Shown: piece by piece, positions 33,922-43,879 of the stretch
Layout of the letters: the number at the start of each line of letters is the position of its first letter
Position numbering within the stretch: the stretch's first letter is position 1
NCBI RefSeq assembly: GCF_030341905.1
Contig: NZ_JATAAF010000012.1
Location: 17,406-81,405, forward strand
DNA length: 64,000 bases
DNA from: Porticoccus sp. W117
Lineage (GTDB): Bacteria > Pseudomonadota > Gammaproteobacteria > Pseudomonadales > Porticoccaceae
Direction: 5' to 3'
Notes under the pieces: model-generated
Seen by the model: the letters and a program-made list of their open reading frames with translations, nothing else
What the model was told of the DNA's origin: nothing
The model's database searches: none
Translations under genes and position numbers: made by a program

Positions 33922-34794
33922 ATGAGTATTTTGATTAACAAAGACACCAAAGTAATCTGCCAGGGCTTTACTGGCGCCCAGGGCACTTTCCACTCCGAGC
34001 AAGCCATTGAATACGGCACAAATATGGTGGGTGGTGTAACCCCCGGCAAAGGTGGCCAACAACACTTGGGCCTGCCCGTATTTAACACCGTTGCCGATGC
34101 GGTTGCAGCAACTGGCGCGGAAGCGTCCGTTATCTACGTGCCCGCGCCGTTCTGTAAGGACTCCATTCTGGAAGCGGCCAACGCCGGCATCCAGCTGATC
34201 GTGTGCATTACCGAAGGCATCCCGACTCTGGATATGCTGGAAGCCAAGGTTAAGTGTGACGAACTGGGTGCACGCCTGATCGGCCCCAACTGCCCCGGCG
34301 TGATCACTCCCGGCGAGTGCAAGATCGGCATTATGCCCGGTCATATTCACCAGCCCGGTAAAGTGGGCATCGTTTCCCGCTCCGGTACTCTGACCTACGA
34401 AGCGGTTAAACAAACCACTGACTTCGGTTTTGGCCAGTCCACTTGTGTGGGCATTGGTGGTGACCCGATTCCCGGCTCCAACTTTATCGACATTCTGGAA
34501 ATGTTTGAAAAAGACCCAGCCACCGAAGCCATCGTCATGATCGGTGAAATCGGCGGTACTGCTGAGGAAGAAGCGGCGGCTTACATTAAAGAGAATGTCA
34601 GCAAGCCCGTGGTTTCTTACATCGCTGGTGTTACCGCACCTCCCGGAAAGCGCATGGGCCACGCCGGGGCCATCATCTCCGGTGGTAAAGGCACTGCCGA
34701 CGAGAAGTTTGCCGCTCTTCAGGATGCCGGTGTAAAAACCGTTCGCAGCCTGGCGGATATTGGCGAAGGACTGAAGGAAATTACCGGTTGGTAA
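33922..34794 (+). CDS. sucD: succinyl-CoA ligase alpha subunit
   Basis: [28 protein letters not shown]. Phosphohistidine loop GHAGAII. Confidence 0.96.
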   Translation: MSILINKDTKVICQGFTGAQGTFHSEQAIEYGTNMVGGVTPGKGGQQHLGLPVFNTVADAVAATGAEASVIYVPAPFCKDSILEAANAGIQLIVCITEGIPTLDMLEAKVKCDELGARLIGPNCPGVITPGECKIGIMPGHIHQPGKVGIVSRSGTLTYEAVKQTTDFGFGQSTCVGIGGDPIPGSNFIDILEMFEKDPATEAIVMIGEIGGTAEEEAAAYIKENVSKPVVSYIAGVTAPPGKRMGHAGAIISGGKGTADEKFAALQDAGVKTVRSLADIGEGLKEITGW

Positions 34795-34838
34795 TTTCCT
34801 GGTCGGAAGTCTGACGTCTGAGGTCGGACGCTTCAAAA

Positions 34839-34866
34839 AGGCAGCCGGAGGGCTGCCTTTTTGTAT
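34839..34866 (+). terminator. intrinsic terminator after sucD
   Basis: gcagccggagggctgcc hairpin followed by tttttgt. Confidence 0.7.
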
Positions 34867-34870
34867 TCTT

Positions 34871-34966
34871 CGTCATTGCGAGGAGCGAAGCGACGCGGCA
34901 ATCTAGTGGCTTTAATGCCAAGACTCTGGATCGCCGCGCTTCGCTCGCGATGACAACTTTGAGTAA
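34871..34966. repeat. REP-like palindromic element, family B copy 2
   Basis: cgtcattgcgaggagcgaagcgacgcggcaatctag ... gatcgccgcgcttcgctcgcgatgac. Confidence 0.75.
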
Positions 34967-34975
34967 GGAATACCC

Positions 34976-35647
34976 GTGCAAGACTTGCAATACATTCAAA
35001 TAGAAACCGCCCCCAGCCCAACAGCTGCCGTAATCTGGCTTCATGGCCTGGGCGCCAATGGCCACGACTTTGAGCCGGTTATTCCAGAGTTAAAGCTGCC
35101 CAGTGATCTGGTGGTACGGTTTATTTTCCCCCATGCACCGGAAATGCCGGTCACCATCAACGGCGGCTACGTGATGCCGGCTTGGTACGATATTTTGGAA
35201 ATGAATATCGACCGCAAGGTGGACGCTGTGCAATTGCGTGCTTCGGCGGACGCTGTAGAAAAGCTGGTTGAGCAACAGATAGAACAGGGCATCGATAGTC
35301 AGAATATTATTCTTGCCGGATTTTCCCAAGGTGGAGCGGTGGCCTACGAATTGGCGTTGCGATATGGAAAGCCTCTGGGAGGTTTGCTGGCGCTATCTAC
35401 GTACTTTGCCACTGCCGACGATATTGAATTTTCTGAGGCCAATAAGAGTTTGCCTATCCAAATAATGCACGGCACTCGCGATCCGGTAGTGCCGGAAGTG
35501 CTGGGGCAAAAAGCCAATCAGTTGTTGCGTGGCAAAGATTATGATGTGGACTACAAAACCTACCCCATTGAGCACAATGTTAGCTTGCCGGAAATTTTGG
35601 ATATTGGGGTGTGGCTGACAAAAAGCCTCCGTCATTGCGAGGAGTAA
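34976..35647 (+). CDS. carboxylesterase/phospholipase-family alpha/beta hydrolase
   Basis: 223 aa. GFSQGG nucleophile elbow, Asp and His downstream. Last 5 codons and stop lie inside REP B3. Confidence 0.85.
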   Translation: MQDLQYIQIETAPSPTAAVIWLHGLGANGHDFEPVIPELKLPSDLVVRFIFPHAPEMPVTINGGYVMPAWYDILEMNIDRKVDAVQLRASADAVEKLVEQQIEQGIDSQNIILAGFSQGGAVAYELALRYGKPLGGLLALSTYFATADDIEFSEANKSLPIQIMHGTRDPVVPEVLGQKANQLLRGKDYDVDYKTYPIEHNVSLPEILDIGVWLTKSLRHCEE

Positions 35648-35724
35648 AACGACGCGGCAATCTCGTGACTTTTGCGCGTTGTAGATGGAGATCGCCGCAG
35701 TCGCTACGCTCCTTCGCGATGACG
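35630..35724. repeat. REP-like palindromic element, family B copy 3 (overlaps esterase 3' end)
   Basis: cgtcattgcgaggagtaaaacgacgcggcaatct ... tcgctacgctccttcgcgatgacg. Confidence 0.75.
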
Positions 35725-35757
35725 AAATATGTTTGATTTGGGAGAGGGAAATAACAG

Positions 35758-35846
35758 TTTGTAGGGTGGATTAGCGGAGCGTAATCCACCGTTTAGTTCG
35801 CAGTAATAGAAAAGGCGGATTACGCTACGCTAATCCGCCCTACGTC
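35758..35846. repeat. REP-like palindromic element, family D copy 3
   Basis: gtagggtggattagcggagcgtaatccacc ... ggcggattacgctacgctaatccgccctac. Confidence 0.75.
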
Positions 35847-35863
35847 ATTTTTTACCGAATTTT

Positions 35864-36508
35864 TTAACCCGCATCCGGCTGATTTTCTGGCAATGCTTTT
35901 TCAAACGCTTCCAGCGTATTGCAGTGCTCCCAAATGGATTTCAGGGTTGGGTGTTGTTCCATATCCACACTAAACCGCAATGCGTTGTAAATTTGCGGAA
36001 TCAGTACCACATCTGCCAAGGTCACCTGACCGCCAAATAAAAATTTGCCGTTGCTGCCATATTTATTTGCCTGTATTTCCAGTGCAGAAAAGCCTTTGTT
36101 TATCCAATTGTGAATCCACTGCACTTTTTGTTCTTCGCTGGCCCCCAGCTCACCGGTGATGTGTTTCAGCACTCGCAGGTTACAGATGGGATGAATATCG
36201 CAGGCGATATCGTTGGCCAGGGCGAGCACCTGGGCGCGCGCGGCGGTGTCTATAGGAAACAGGGAAGGCTGCGGGAATTTATTCTCGATGTAATCGAGAA
36301 TGGCCATGGACTGGTTTAACACCAGCTCACCATCCACCAGTGTTGGTACCAGTTGCGCCGGGTTCATGGCGGTGTAGTTGTCACTGAATTGCTGACCGCC
36401 GTCTTTCACCAGATGCACAGACTCTTGATCGTAGTCCACACCTTTCAGGTTAAGGGCGATGCGGCAGCGATAAGCGGCGGAGGAGCGCCAGTAGCCGTAG
36501 AGTTTCAT
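35864..36508 (-). CDS. maiA: maleylacetoacetate isomerase (zeta-class GST)
   Basis: Start MKLYGYWRSSAAYRCRIALNLKG at 36508. The longer track ORF runs into REP A4. Confidence 0.9.
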   Translation of the reverse strand: MKLYGYWRSSAAYRCRIALNLKGVDYDQESVHLVKDGGQQFSDNYTAMNPAQLVPTLVDGELVLNQSMAILDYIENKFPQPSLFPIDTAARAQVLALANDIACDIHPICNLRVLKHITGELGASEEQKVQWIHNWINKGFSALEIQANKYGSNGKFLFGGQVTLADVVLIPQIYNALRFSVDMEQHPTLKSIWEHCNTLEAFEKALPENQPDAG

Positions 36509-36580
36509 GTTTGTGTCCTGTTGTTTGGTGCCACTAAGACAATATAGATGAGTTGGTGACAAAACTATTCTTAACAACAG

Positions 36581-36744
36581 GTCACACGTCGCACGTCGCA
36601 CGTCGCACGCTTTGGCCAGTACCCTGTAGGTCGGCCTTCAGGCCGTCAAAGTCTGCACTACGTAGCGCGAGTCCTGACGGGCTAAAGCCCGACCTACAAA
36701 GTGCTTGGTTTTAGCGTGCGACGTGCGACGTCAGACGTGCGACC
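36581..36744. repeat. REP-like composite element, family A copy 4
   Basis: Triple gtcgcacgtcgcacg head, central tgtaggtcggccttcaggccgtc / gacgggctaaagcccgacctaca, and a mirrored tail. Confidence 0.8.
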
Positions 36745-36803
36745 AAATCAATTACAAAAAAGCCCCGCACAAGCAGGGCTTTCCTTGCTAACTAACGAAG
36801 CAC

Positions 36804-38117
36804 TTACACCAACGCTGGCAGCACAGTGCCAACCACTTCGCCAAAACCAATACGCACCGCACCATCGCGCTCACAGTAGCCGCGCATAATCACGCTGTCG
36901 CCGTCGTTCAGGAAGGTGCGTTGCTCGCCGTTGGGCAGTGTGATGGCTTGTTTGCCACCGCGGCTTAGTTCCAGCAGGGAGCCTGCTTCTTCGTGCTCCG
37001 GGCCGGATTGGGTGCCGGAGCCCAGCAGGTCGCCGGGCTGCATGGCGCAGCCATTCACCGTGTGGTGGGCCACCATTTGTGCCACGGTCCAGTAGCTGTG
37101 TTTAAAGCTGGATTCCGACAATTTGGCAGGTGCTTCGCCAGCGTTACGCATTTGTTCGGTTTCGATCAGGCATTCCAGCTGAATGTCCATGCTGCCGTTT
37201 TCATTATTGAAGTCACTGGTCAAGTAGGGCAGTGGCTGCGGATCGCTCTCCGGGCGGGTAAATGCGCTGCGGAATGGCGCCAGAGCTTCGGTGGTGATGA
37301 TCCACGGGGAAACGGTAGAGGCAAAGTTCTTAGCCAGGAACGGCCCCAGGGGTTGGTATTCCCAGGCTTGCAGGTCGCGGGCAGACCAGTCGTTGAAAAG
37401 GCACAGGCCGAACACGTGGTCTTCGGCGTTTTCAATATCCACTCGCTCGCCCAAGGCGTTGCCTTCGCCGATGTAGATGCCCATTTCCAGTTCGTAGTCC
37501 ATGCGCTTGCAGGGGCCGAAGCTGGGTTCGGCGGCGTCCGGCGCTTTGGTTTGACCGACCGGGCGGGGGAAGCTCTGGCCGGATACGTCAACGGTAGAGG
37601 CACGGCCGTGGTAGCCGATGGGTACCCACTTGTAGTTGGGCAGCAGGGGGTTGTCCGGGCGGAACAGAGAGCCTACCGCAGTGGCGTGGTGGATGGAGGT
37701 GTAGAAGTCGGTGTAATCACCAATCACGCAGGGCAGGTCGTATTCCACCTCGGCCATGGCAACCAGGCATTTTTCCACCTCGGCCTGCTGTTCAGAGCCA
37801 GTGCGCAGAGCGCGGGATAGCGCCAGGCGCAGAGCGGAGTTGGCGTCTTTGCCCATGCTCATCAGCATATTGAGGATAGGTTCACCGGCGGCTTCACAGG
37901 CTTCCTGAGCGGCATCGTCAAGGATGTCGGCAGCGGCCAGCGCTTGCATATCGATTACCTGGTCACCGATGGCAACGCCACCGCGGAATTCTTCGTCACT
38001 GCCGGCGCGGCGGAATACCGAAAACGGCAGATTCTGGATGGGGAAGTCGCTGCCTTGGGCTGATTCGACCCAACTGGTGAGGGCGGGGTCGTGGGTTTCG
38101 TTTAACAGAGTGGTCAT
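36804..38117 (-). CDS. fahA: fumarylacetoacetase
   Basis: 437 aa. N-terminal Fah domain (FPIQNLPFSVFRR) and FAH catalytic fold. Sits between hmgA and maiA. Confidence 0.9.
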   Translation of the reverse strand: MTTLLNETHDPALTSWVESAQGSDFPIQNLPFSVFRRAGSDEEFRGGVAIGDQVIDMQALAAADILDDAAQEACEAAGEPILNMLMSMGKDANSALRLALSRALRTGSEQQAEVEKCLVAMAEVEYDLPCVIGDYTDFYTSIHHATAVGSLFRPDNPLLPNYKWVPIGYHGRASTVDVSGQSFPRPVGQTKAPDAAEPSFGPCKRMDYELEMGIYIGEGNALGERVDIENAEDHVFGLCLFNDWSARDLQAWEYQPLGPFLAKNFASTVSPWIITTEALAPFRSAFTRPESDPQPLPYLTSDFNNENGSMDIQLECLIETEQMRNAGEAPAKLSESSFKHSYWTVAQMVAHHTVNGCAMQPGDLLGSGTQSGPEHEEAGSLLELSRGGKQAITLPNGEQRTFLNDGDSVIMRGYCERDGAVRIGFGEVVGTVLPALV

Positions 38118-38145
38118 TGTGTATTCTCGATTATTGTCATTCTGA

Positions 38146-38208
38146 GCGCAGCGAAGAATCTCTTTGCATGAGTTAGCTGTGAGATCCTTCGCTGCGCTCA
38201 GGATGACA
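38146..38208. repeat. REP-like palindromic element, family C copy 2
   Basis: gtcattctgagcgcagcgaagaatctc ... gatccttcgctgcgctcaggatgac. Confidence 0.7.
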
Positions 38209-38217
38209 TGTTGTCAG

Positions 38218-39525
38218 TTATGGCTCGCCAGTAAAGTGCTTATTCAGCCCGTTCCAGCAATCCAAATAATCCTGCTGCCGCTGTTCGCTTTCCAGTGCGT
38301 ATTTGGTGGGCTGTATCACGTAGCGGGACTCGAACATAAAGGCCATTGTAGCCTCTTGTTTTTCCGGCAGCAGTTCGCAGTTGCTGGCTTTTTCGAATAC
38401 TGCTGCTTCCGGGCCGTGGGGCGACATGCAGTTGTGCAGGCTGGAACCGCCGGGCACAAAGCCTTCTTCCTTGGCGTCGTACACGCCGTAAATCAGGCCC
38501 ATGTATTCGCTCATGATATTGCGATGGTACCAGGGGGGGCGGAAGGTGTTTTCGCCTACCATCCAGCGGGGCGGGAAGATGACGAAGTCCAGATTGGCCA
38601 CACCTTCCGTATCCGAGGGCGACGACAGCACGGTAAAGATGGACGGATCCGGGTGGTCGTAGCTGATGGTGCCCATGGTGTTAAAGCGTTCCAGGTCGTA
38701 TTTGTACGGCGCGGAATTGCCCACCCAGGCCACTACATCCAACGGGGAGTGGTCGATGTCGCAGGTAAATAGATTGCCGCCGAATTTGCACGCCAGCTGG
38801 AAATTGCCTTCCCGGTCTTCGTAGGCAGCGACCGGGTATTTGAAGTCCCGGTCGTTGGCGTAGCCATCGGAGCCCACCGGGCCGCGCTCTGGCAACACCA
38901 TGGGGGCGCCGTAGTTTTCGCAGAGGTAGCCGCGGGCTTGTTCGTCCAGCAGTTCAACGCGGAATTTGATACCCCGGGGAATCACAGCAATTTCACCGGC
39001 TTTAATAGCCAAGATACCGCATTCGGTGTGCAGCGCCAGGGCGCCCATTTGTGGCACAAACAGCAGCTCGCCATCGGCGTTATAGAAGTAGCGGTCTTCC
39101 ATGGAGCGGTTGATGCGGTAGTGGTGAATGCCAATACCCGCTTGCGCGCCCAGGTCACCGTTGGCGGCCATGGTTACCAGGCCATCCACAAAGTCGGTGG
39201 GCTCTGCGGGAACCGGCAGCGGGTTCCAGCGGTACATGGTGGGCGGCGTCACCACTTCAGTAATAGGCGCGCTGCGCACCAGCCCCTGGTCGATCTGGCG
39301 ATAGTCGCCTTGGGCTACGGATGGGCGAATGCGGTAGAACCAGGTGCGGCGGTTTTGATGGCGCGGCGCGGTAAAGGCAGTGCTGGTGAATTTTTCAGCG
39401 TACAGGCCGTAGGCCACTTTCTGCGGCGAAAACCTGCCTTGGGGCAGTGCACCGGGCAGAGCTTCGGTTTCGTGTTCGTTGTTAAAACCGGAGAGGTATT
39501 GTAGGTCGTCGTATTTGTTTGGCAT
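38218..39525 (-). CDS. hmgA: homogentisate 1,2-dioxygenase
   Basis: [29 protein letters not shown]-terminus. The start MPNKYDD at 39525 has an AGGA RBS. The ORF-track start 39570 is an extension into REP E3. Confidence 0.92.
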   Translation of the reverse strand: MPNKYDDLQYLSGFNNEHETEALPGALPQGRFSPQKVAYGLYAEKFTSTAFTAPRHQNRRTWFYRIRPSVAQGDYRQIDQGLVRSAPITEVVTPPTMYRWNPLPVPAEPTDFVDGLVTMAANGDLGAQAGIGIHHYRINRSMEDRYFYNADGELLFVPQMGALALHTECGILAIKAGEIAVIPRGIKFRVELLDEQARGYLCENYGAPMVLPERGPVGSDGYANDRDFKYPVAAYEDREGNFQLACKFGGNLFTCDIDHSPLDVVAWVGNSAPYKYDLERFNTMGTISYDHPDPSIFTVLSSPSDTEGVANLDFVIFPPRWMVGENTFRPPWYHRNIMSEYMGLIYGVYDAKEEGFVPGGSSLHNCMSPHGPEAAVFEKASNCELLPEKQEATMAFMFESRYVIQPTKYALESEQRQQDYLDCWNGLNKHFTGEP

Positions 39526-39569
39526 ACGAGGATTCCTTGTTGTTTCAAGGGTGCGCCCAGCGGCGCGCA

Positions 39570-39597
39570 TGGATCCCCGCCTGCGCGGGGATGACGG
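39570..39597. repeat. REP-like element, family E copy 3 (single hairpin ggatccccgcctgcgcggggatgacg)
   Basis: Half-element identical to the second hairpin of E1/E2. Confidence 0.65.
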
Positions 39598-39609
39598 ACG
39601 TATTAATTG

Positions 39610-40689
39610 TTAGTCCAGAACGCCGCGGCGAATCTGGTCTTCTTCGATGGACTCAAACAGTGCCTGGAAGTTGCCTTCGCCGAAGCCGTCGTTGCCTTTG
39701 CGTTGGATGATTTCAAAGAACACAGGGCCGATTACTGTCTGGGTGAAGATTTGCAGCAGCAGGCCAGAGGATTCCGGGTCGCCGTCGATCAGGATTTGCA
39801 GTTCGCGCATTTCGTCCACGTTTTCCTTGTGGCCCTGCACTCGACTATCTACTTTCTCGTAGTAAGTGTCTGGAGTAGGCATAAAGTCCATGCCTTTGGC
39901 GCGCAGGTTGCGAACGGTCTGGTAGATGTCTTCAGTAGACAGGGCGATATGCTGAATGCCTTCGCCGTTGTATTCGCGCAGGTATTCGGCGATCTGTGAC
40001 TTGTCGTCAGAGGATTCATTCAGAGGAATGCGGATCTTGCCGCAGGGGGCAGTCATGGCCTTGGATACCAGGCCGGTTTTCTTGCCGGTGATATCAAAGA
40101 AGCGGATTTCACGGAAATTGCCGATATTCTCGTAGAAGCTGGCCCAGGTTTCCATGTTGCCGGTGTGTACGTTGTGGGTCAGGTGGTCCAGGTCTTTAAG
40201 GCCGCCTTCGTTGGCTGCTACGGTCTCTCTCCAGCCGTCGTAGAACTTGAAGTCCACATCGTAGATTTCGCCATTGCTGCCGTAGCGGTCTACAAAGTAC
40301 AGGGTGCTGTTGCCAATGCCGTAGACGGCGGGAATGTGCAGCTCCATGGCGCCCACGTCGGATTTAAATAGCTCGGCTCCCTGGGACAGGGCGTAAGCGT
40401 GTGCTTTGGCGGCGTCTTCTACGCGGAAAGCCATACCGCAGACACTGTGACCGTGCTTCTCGGCAAATGCAGCCGCCTGGGAGGAGGGCTCGGCGTTGAT
40501 GATAAAGTTGATGTCGCCCTGCTTGAACAGCCAGGCTTCCTTGCTGCGGTGTTTGGCCACTTCAGAAAAGCCCAGCAGCTTGAACAACTCTTTCAGCTCG
40601 GCAATGCCTTCGGCGGTTGGGGCGGTGTATTCAACAAATTCAAAACCGTCGGTTCCAAGGGGGTTTTCGGTGGCGAGTTGTACGCTCAT
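39610..40689 (-). CDS. hpd: 4-hydroxyphenylpyruvate dioxygenase
   Basis: Start MSVQLATENPLGTDGFEFVEY at 40689. Two VOC domains and Fe-binding His/Glu residues. 359 aa. Confidence 0.93.
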   Translation of the reverse strand: MSVQLATENPLGTDGFEFVEYTAPTAEGIAELKELFKLLGFSEVAKHRSKEAWLFKQGDINFIINAEPSSQAAAFAEKHGHSVCGMAFRVEDAAKAHAYALSQGAELFKSDVGAMELHIPAVYGIGNSTLYFVDRYGSNGEIYDVDFKFYDGWRETVAANEGGLKDLDHLTHNVHTGNMETWASFYENIGNFREIRFFDITGKKTGLVSKAMTAPCGKIRIPLNESSDDKSQIAEYLREYNGEGIQHIALSTEDIYQTVRNLRAKGMDFMPTPDTYYEKVDSRVQGHKENVDEMRELQILIDGDPESSGLLLQIFTQTVIGPVFFEIIQRKGNDGFGEGNFQALFESIEEDQIRRGVLD

Positions 40690-40804
40690 GTGCGGGCCTC
40701 TGGGTAATTCACTGGTGATATGAGAAAGCCGGGATTTTCTCAAAATGGGCTTTTCTCTGCCTAGTAAAGAGGCCCTGAAAACGGGCTTGATAAGTTTTGA
40801 ATTT

Positions 40805-40822
40805 TGTAAATATAAATTTACG
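40805..40822. promoter_or_regulatory. strong TyrR box (TGTAAA-N6-TTTACg) upstream of hpd and downstream of phhR
   Basis: tgtaaatataaatttacg read directly. Matches the TGTAAA-N6-TTTACA consensus at 11 of 12 positions. Confidence 0.7.
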
Positions 40823-40839
40823 GACGACTCTGGAAAGGC

Positions 40840-42363
40840 TTATTTGAGCGACTTTTTCCCTATACCATAGTCGCGCAGCTTGTTAGCAATGGCGGTATGG
40901 GAAATGCCCAGCCGTTGCGCCAGTTTGCGAGAAGAGGGATAGGCGGGGTAGAGGCGTTGCAGCAGTTCGGATTCAAAGCCCTTGATGGCGGCATCCAGGG
41001 TGGTGACGTGTTCCCGGTTTACCAAGCCCCACTCCTCGGCGTAGCCGGGCAGTTGGAAGTTCTCCGGTTCAATCACCACCCCCTGCGCCACCGATGCCGC
41101 TTGTTGCACGGCGCTTTGCAGCTGGCGCACATTGCCGGGCCAGGAGTAACCTTCCAGTACCGTGCGTGACAGTTCTGAAAGATGCAGTCGACTGCGGCTG
41201 GCTGCGTTGTACTGGCGCAGGAAATGGCGCGCCAGCGGCATGATGTCTTCGTGGCGCTCCCGCAGGGGCGGAATGTCCAGGCTGAGGGCGTTGAGGCGAT
41301 AGAGCAAATCGTCTCTAAACTGCCCTTGTTCGCAGAGTGCGTGCAGGTCTTTTTGTGTGGAACAGATGACTCTGGCTTCACTGTGTAACTCCTGCTCGCT
41401 GCCCACCCGGCGATAACTGCCATCCTGCAACAGGCGCAAAAATTTGGCCTGCAGGCTTTGTGGTAGCTCGGCCACTTCCTGCATAAACACAGTGCCGCCG
41501 TCGGCTATCTCAAACACCCCTTTGTGAACCGTGCCGTCTGGGTCTTGTTGGCCGAACAGTTCGCTCTCGGCGGCGTCTTCAGGCAAGCCGGCACAGTTGA
41601 TGGTGAGGAACGGCTGCTCGTTGCGCAGGCTGTTCTGGTGGCAGGCTCTGGCCAGCAATTCTTTGCCGGTGCCGGTTTCCCCGGTGATCAACAACGGCGC
41701 GTCGAATTCGGTGATGCGCTTGGCCTGGCGCAGCAGGCGCTTCATGCGCGGGCTTTTCGCCTGAATAAATTCAAAGTGGCCACTGTGCTTGTTCCAGGCG
41801 GCGATCTGGCGCCCCAGTTGGGCGGCATTTTTGAACACCACCACGCCACCGGCAAAGGTGTTGTCGTTGCTCACCGTAATAGGGTTGATGTTGGCCAGGT
41901 AGGGGTAGCCGGCAAATTCCAGCTGACAATTGACTTCGCTGGGGCTATTGAGCCACTGGGCCAGGTTAAAGCCTTTTAGCCACTGCTTGAGATGCTTACC
42001 CCGGGCTTCCTCCATATCCAGCTTCAGCAGGCTCAGGGCGGCACCGTTGGCAACGCTGATGTTGCCCTCCTGATCCATGGAGATAACCGGGTCTGGCAGG
42101 GTGTGGAGCAAGGTGTGAATTTCGCTCTGCTCCCGCTCCAGAGGCATGTAGGGCACCCGCACTACGTCTTTTACATCGCTGATGCGGCGGATTTCCGGCA
42201 TCAGCTTTTGCAGTGCGTCGAAATCCAGGTTCTGAAAGCGCAGGAATACCTGGCCATCTTTGCTGACTTCAATGCCGCGCAGGTCGATGTTATGGCGAGA
42301 CAGGGTGTCGAGTATTTCCAGGGCAATGCCAGGGCGGTTTTTGCAGCTGACCAGTAGGCGCAT
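40840..42363 (-). CDS. phhR: sigma-54-dependent transcriptional activator of aromatic amino-acid catabolism (PhhR/TyrR family)
   Basis: ACT domain, PAS, AAA+ sigma-54 interaction domain (GETGTGKE, GAFTGA-like, ESELFG) and C-terminal HTH. 507 aa. Confidence 0.9.
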   Translation of the reverse strand: MRLLVSCKNRPGIALEILDTLSRHNIDLRGIEVSKDGQVFLRFQNLDFDALQKLMPEIRRISDVKDVVRVPYMPLEREQSEIHTLLHTLPDPVISMDQEGNISVANGAALSLLKLDMEEARGKHLKQWLKGFNLAQWLNSPSEVNCQLEFAGYPYLANINPITVSNDNTFAGGVVVFKNAAQLGRQIAAWNKHSGHFEFIQAKSPRMKRLLRQAKRITEFDAPLLITGETGTGKELLARACHQNSLRNEQPFLTINCAGLPEDAAESELFGQQDPDGTVHKGVFEIADGGTVFMQEVAELPQSLQAKFLRLLQDGSYRRVGSEQELHSEARVICSTQKDLHALCEQGQFRDDLLYRLNALSLDIPPLRERHEDIMPLARHFLRQYNAASRSRLHLSELSRTVLEGYSWPGNVRQLQSAVQQAASVAQGVVIEPENFQLPGYAEEWGLVNREHVTTLDAAIKGFESELLQRLYPAYPSSRKLAQRLGISHTAIANKLRDYGIGKKSLK

Positions 42364-42407
42364 AAAGGTAATCAGTAGGTGGGTTTGCTTGGATTGTAAC
42401 GATTGGT

Positions 42408-42758
42408 TTACGGCAGGGCCAGCTCATCTGTGCGCGCTGCCAGAATAAAATCATTGCGGTGCAGGCCGCGGATGGTGTGAGTCCACCAGCTCACGGTGAC
42501 TTTGCCCCATTCCACCAAAAGGACGGGGTGGTGATTGACGCTTTCTGCCACTTCGCCAATCTGATTGGCAAAATTCATTGCGTCGCGAAAGTTGCTGAAC
42601 GTAAATGTTCGTTGTAATTGCTTAATGCCATTGATATCGACGATTTGCCAGTCTGGAAGCTGAGTGAGGAGAGTCGCCGATTCTGAATCGCTAACCTGGG
42701 GGGAGCCTGGCCGGCAGGCTTCACAGGTTTCTTGTGCCAGTGACATGGTGGCCTCCAT
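42408..42758 (-). CDS. phhB: pterin-4a-carbinolamine dehydratase
   Basis: PCD/DCoH fold motif (EVAESVNHHPVLLVEWGKVTVSWWTH). 116 aa. Confidence 0.88.
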   Translation of the reverse strand: MEATMSLAQETCEACRPGSPQVSDSESATLLTQLPDWQIVDINGIKQLQRTFTFSNFRDAMNFANQIGEVAESVNHHPVLLVEWGKVTVSWWTHTIRGLHRNDFILAARTDELALP

Positions 42759-42789
42759 TGTTGCGGGGTTACACGCAAAACTCTCAAAT

Positions 42790-42886
42790 TGTCATTGCGA
42801 GCGCAGCGAAGCAATCTAGTGTCTTTTTAACACACTGACATATAAACAAAGCCACTGGATCGCCGCGCTTCGCTCGCGATGACAAT
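42790..42886. repeat. REP-like palindromic element, family B copy 4
   Basis: gtcattgcgagcgcagcgaagcaatctag ... gatcgccgcgcttcgctcgcgatgac. Confidence 0.75.
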
Positions 42887-42912
42887 TTTTAAGTCTCGCT
42901 GCCATTAACCAG

Positions 42913-43224
42913 TTACAGGCATCCTTCCGGCTTGGGCAGTCCGGCAATTTTGCTGGCGATTTTTGCCGGGTTTGGTGGGAATAACCGGGTCAGGTAAATG
43001 CTTTTTCCCTTGTCCGGCCCCAGGTGTTGAGTCACGTATTTGACCAGCGGGCGCATGGGCGGGGAAATATCAAACTGCTGCTGAAATTGGCGCAACAGGT
43101 GGAGAATTTCCCAGTGTTGTTCACTCAGCTCAATGTTTTCCGCTTTGGCCAGAGTGGTGGCAACATCTTCTGACCAGTCATTGAGATCGGTCAAAAACCC
43201 CTCTTTGTCGGTAGCGAATGACAT
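42913..43224 (-). CDS. tusE: sulfurtransferase TusE (DsrC family)
   Basis: 103 aa. DsrC-like with a C-terminal Cys. Sits downstream of tusBCD. Confidence 0.8.
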   Translation of the reverse strand: MSFATDKEGFLTDLNDWSEDVATTLAKAENIELSEQHWEILHLLRQFQQQFDISPPMRPLVKYVTQHLGPDKGKSIYLTRLFPPNPAKIASKIAGLPKPEGCL

Positions 43225-43505
43225 CAGTACCAGCTCTGTACGGCACTGGCCTCACAGGCCAGCTGCACAAATTCCGGGTAGTCCACCACCGTAACCTGTG
43301 GTGGCACTTTGCTACCCAAACCACGGGCAGCAATATCACCCTTCAGGGCAAATACTTTGTTGTTGGGTAACTCTTCTTCCAGCGCAAGTACCCCGTAGAC
43401 ACCATCTTCCAGCAAGAGAACCACATCATCAGCGCCCAGGTTGCGGAGGCAACTGTCGTAAGCCTGATTGTTAAAAGGGGATTTGTTAACGGTGTGCAGA
43501 ATCAT
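43224..43505 (-). CDS. tusB: sulfurtransferase complex subunit TusB (DsrH)
   Basis: 93 aa. 1-bp overlap with its neighbours. Confidence 0.8.
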   Translation of the reverse strand: MILHTVNKSPFNNQAYDSCLRNLGADDVVLLLEDGVYGVLALEEELPNNKVFALKGDIAARGLGSKVPPQVTVVDYPEFVQLACEASAVQSWY

Positions 43506-43879
43506 CAGAAGCTCACAATATGGCGGTGGCCTGCCATCAGTTTTTGCACAGCATCGCTATTCAACACGGTAAAACCCCGATCGATATTTTCCGCGGACAG
43601 TTTGCGGTTGTTCAGTGAATGCTCATCTACGTAGCGCTGCTCAATGTCGTACATGGGCAGTGCTGCAGCCATGGCGCTGTTGTTTTTCTGGCCGATGTGC
43701 GCCGGTTGTTGGTCGTTAACCAGTTGGAAAACCCCATCGTCCATAAATAGCACGGATACACTTTGCCCCAAGGAAGCAGCGGCGAGAGCGGCTTCTAATC
43801 CTTCCCGTGCCAGGCAGGAACCGTAGGGTGCGGTGCGCAGAATAAATAACAAGCTGTTATCAGCCATTTCAGCGACCAA
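43505..43879 (-). CDS. tusC: sulfurtransferase complex subunit TusC (DsrF)
   Basis: 124 aa, DsrE/F fold. Confidence 0.8.
   Translation of the reverse strand: MVAEMADNSLLFILRTAPYGSCLAREGLEAALAAASLGQSVSVLFMDDGVFQLVNDQQPAHIGQKNNSAMAAALPMYDIEQRYVDEHSLNNRKLSAENIDRGFTVLNSDAVQKLMAGHRHIVSF

Noticed and set aside
32746-34836. 696-aa minus-strand ORF antisense to sucC-sucD
   Set aside because: Overlaps two conserved genes on the opposite strand. Composition-driven artefact.
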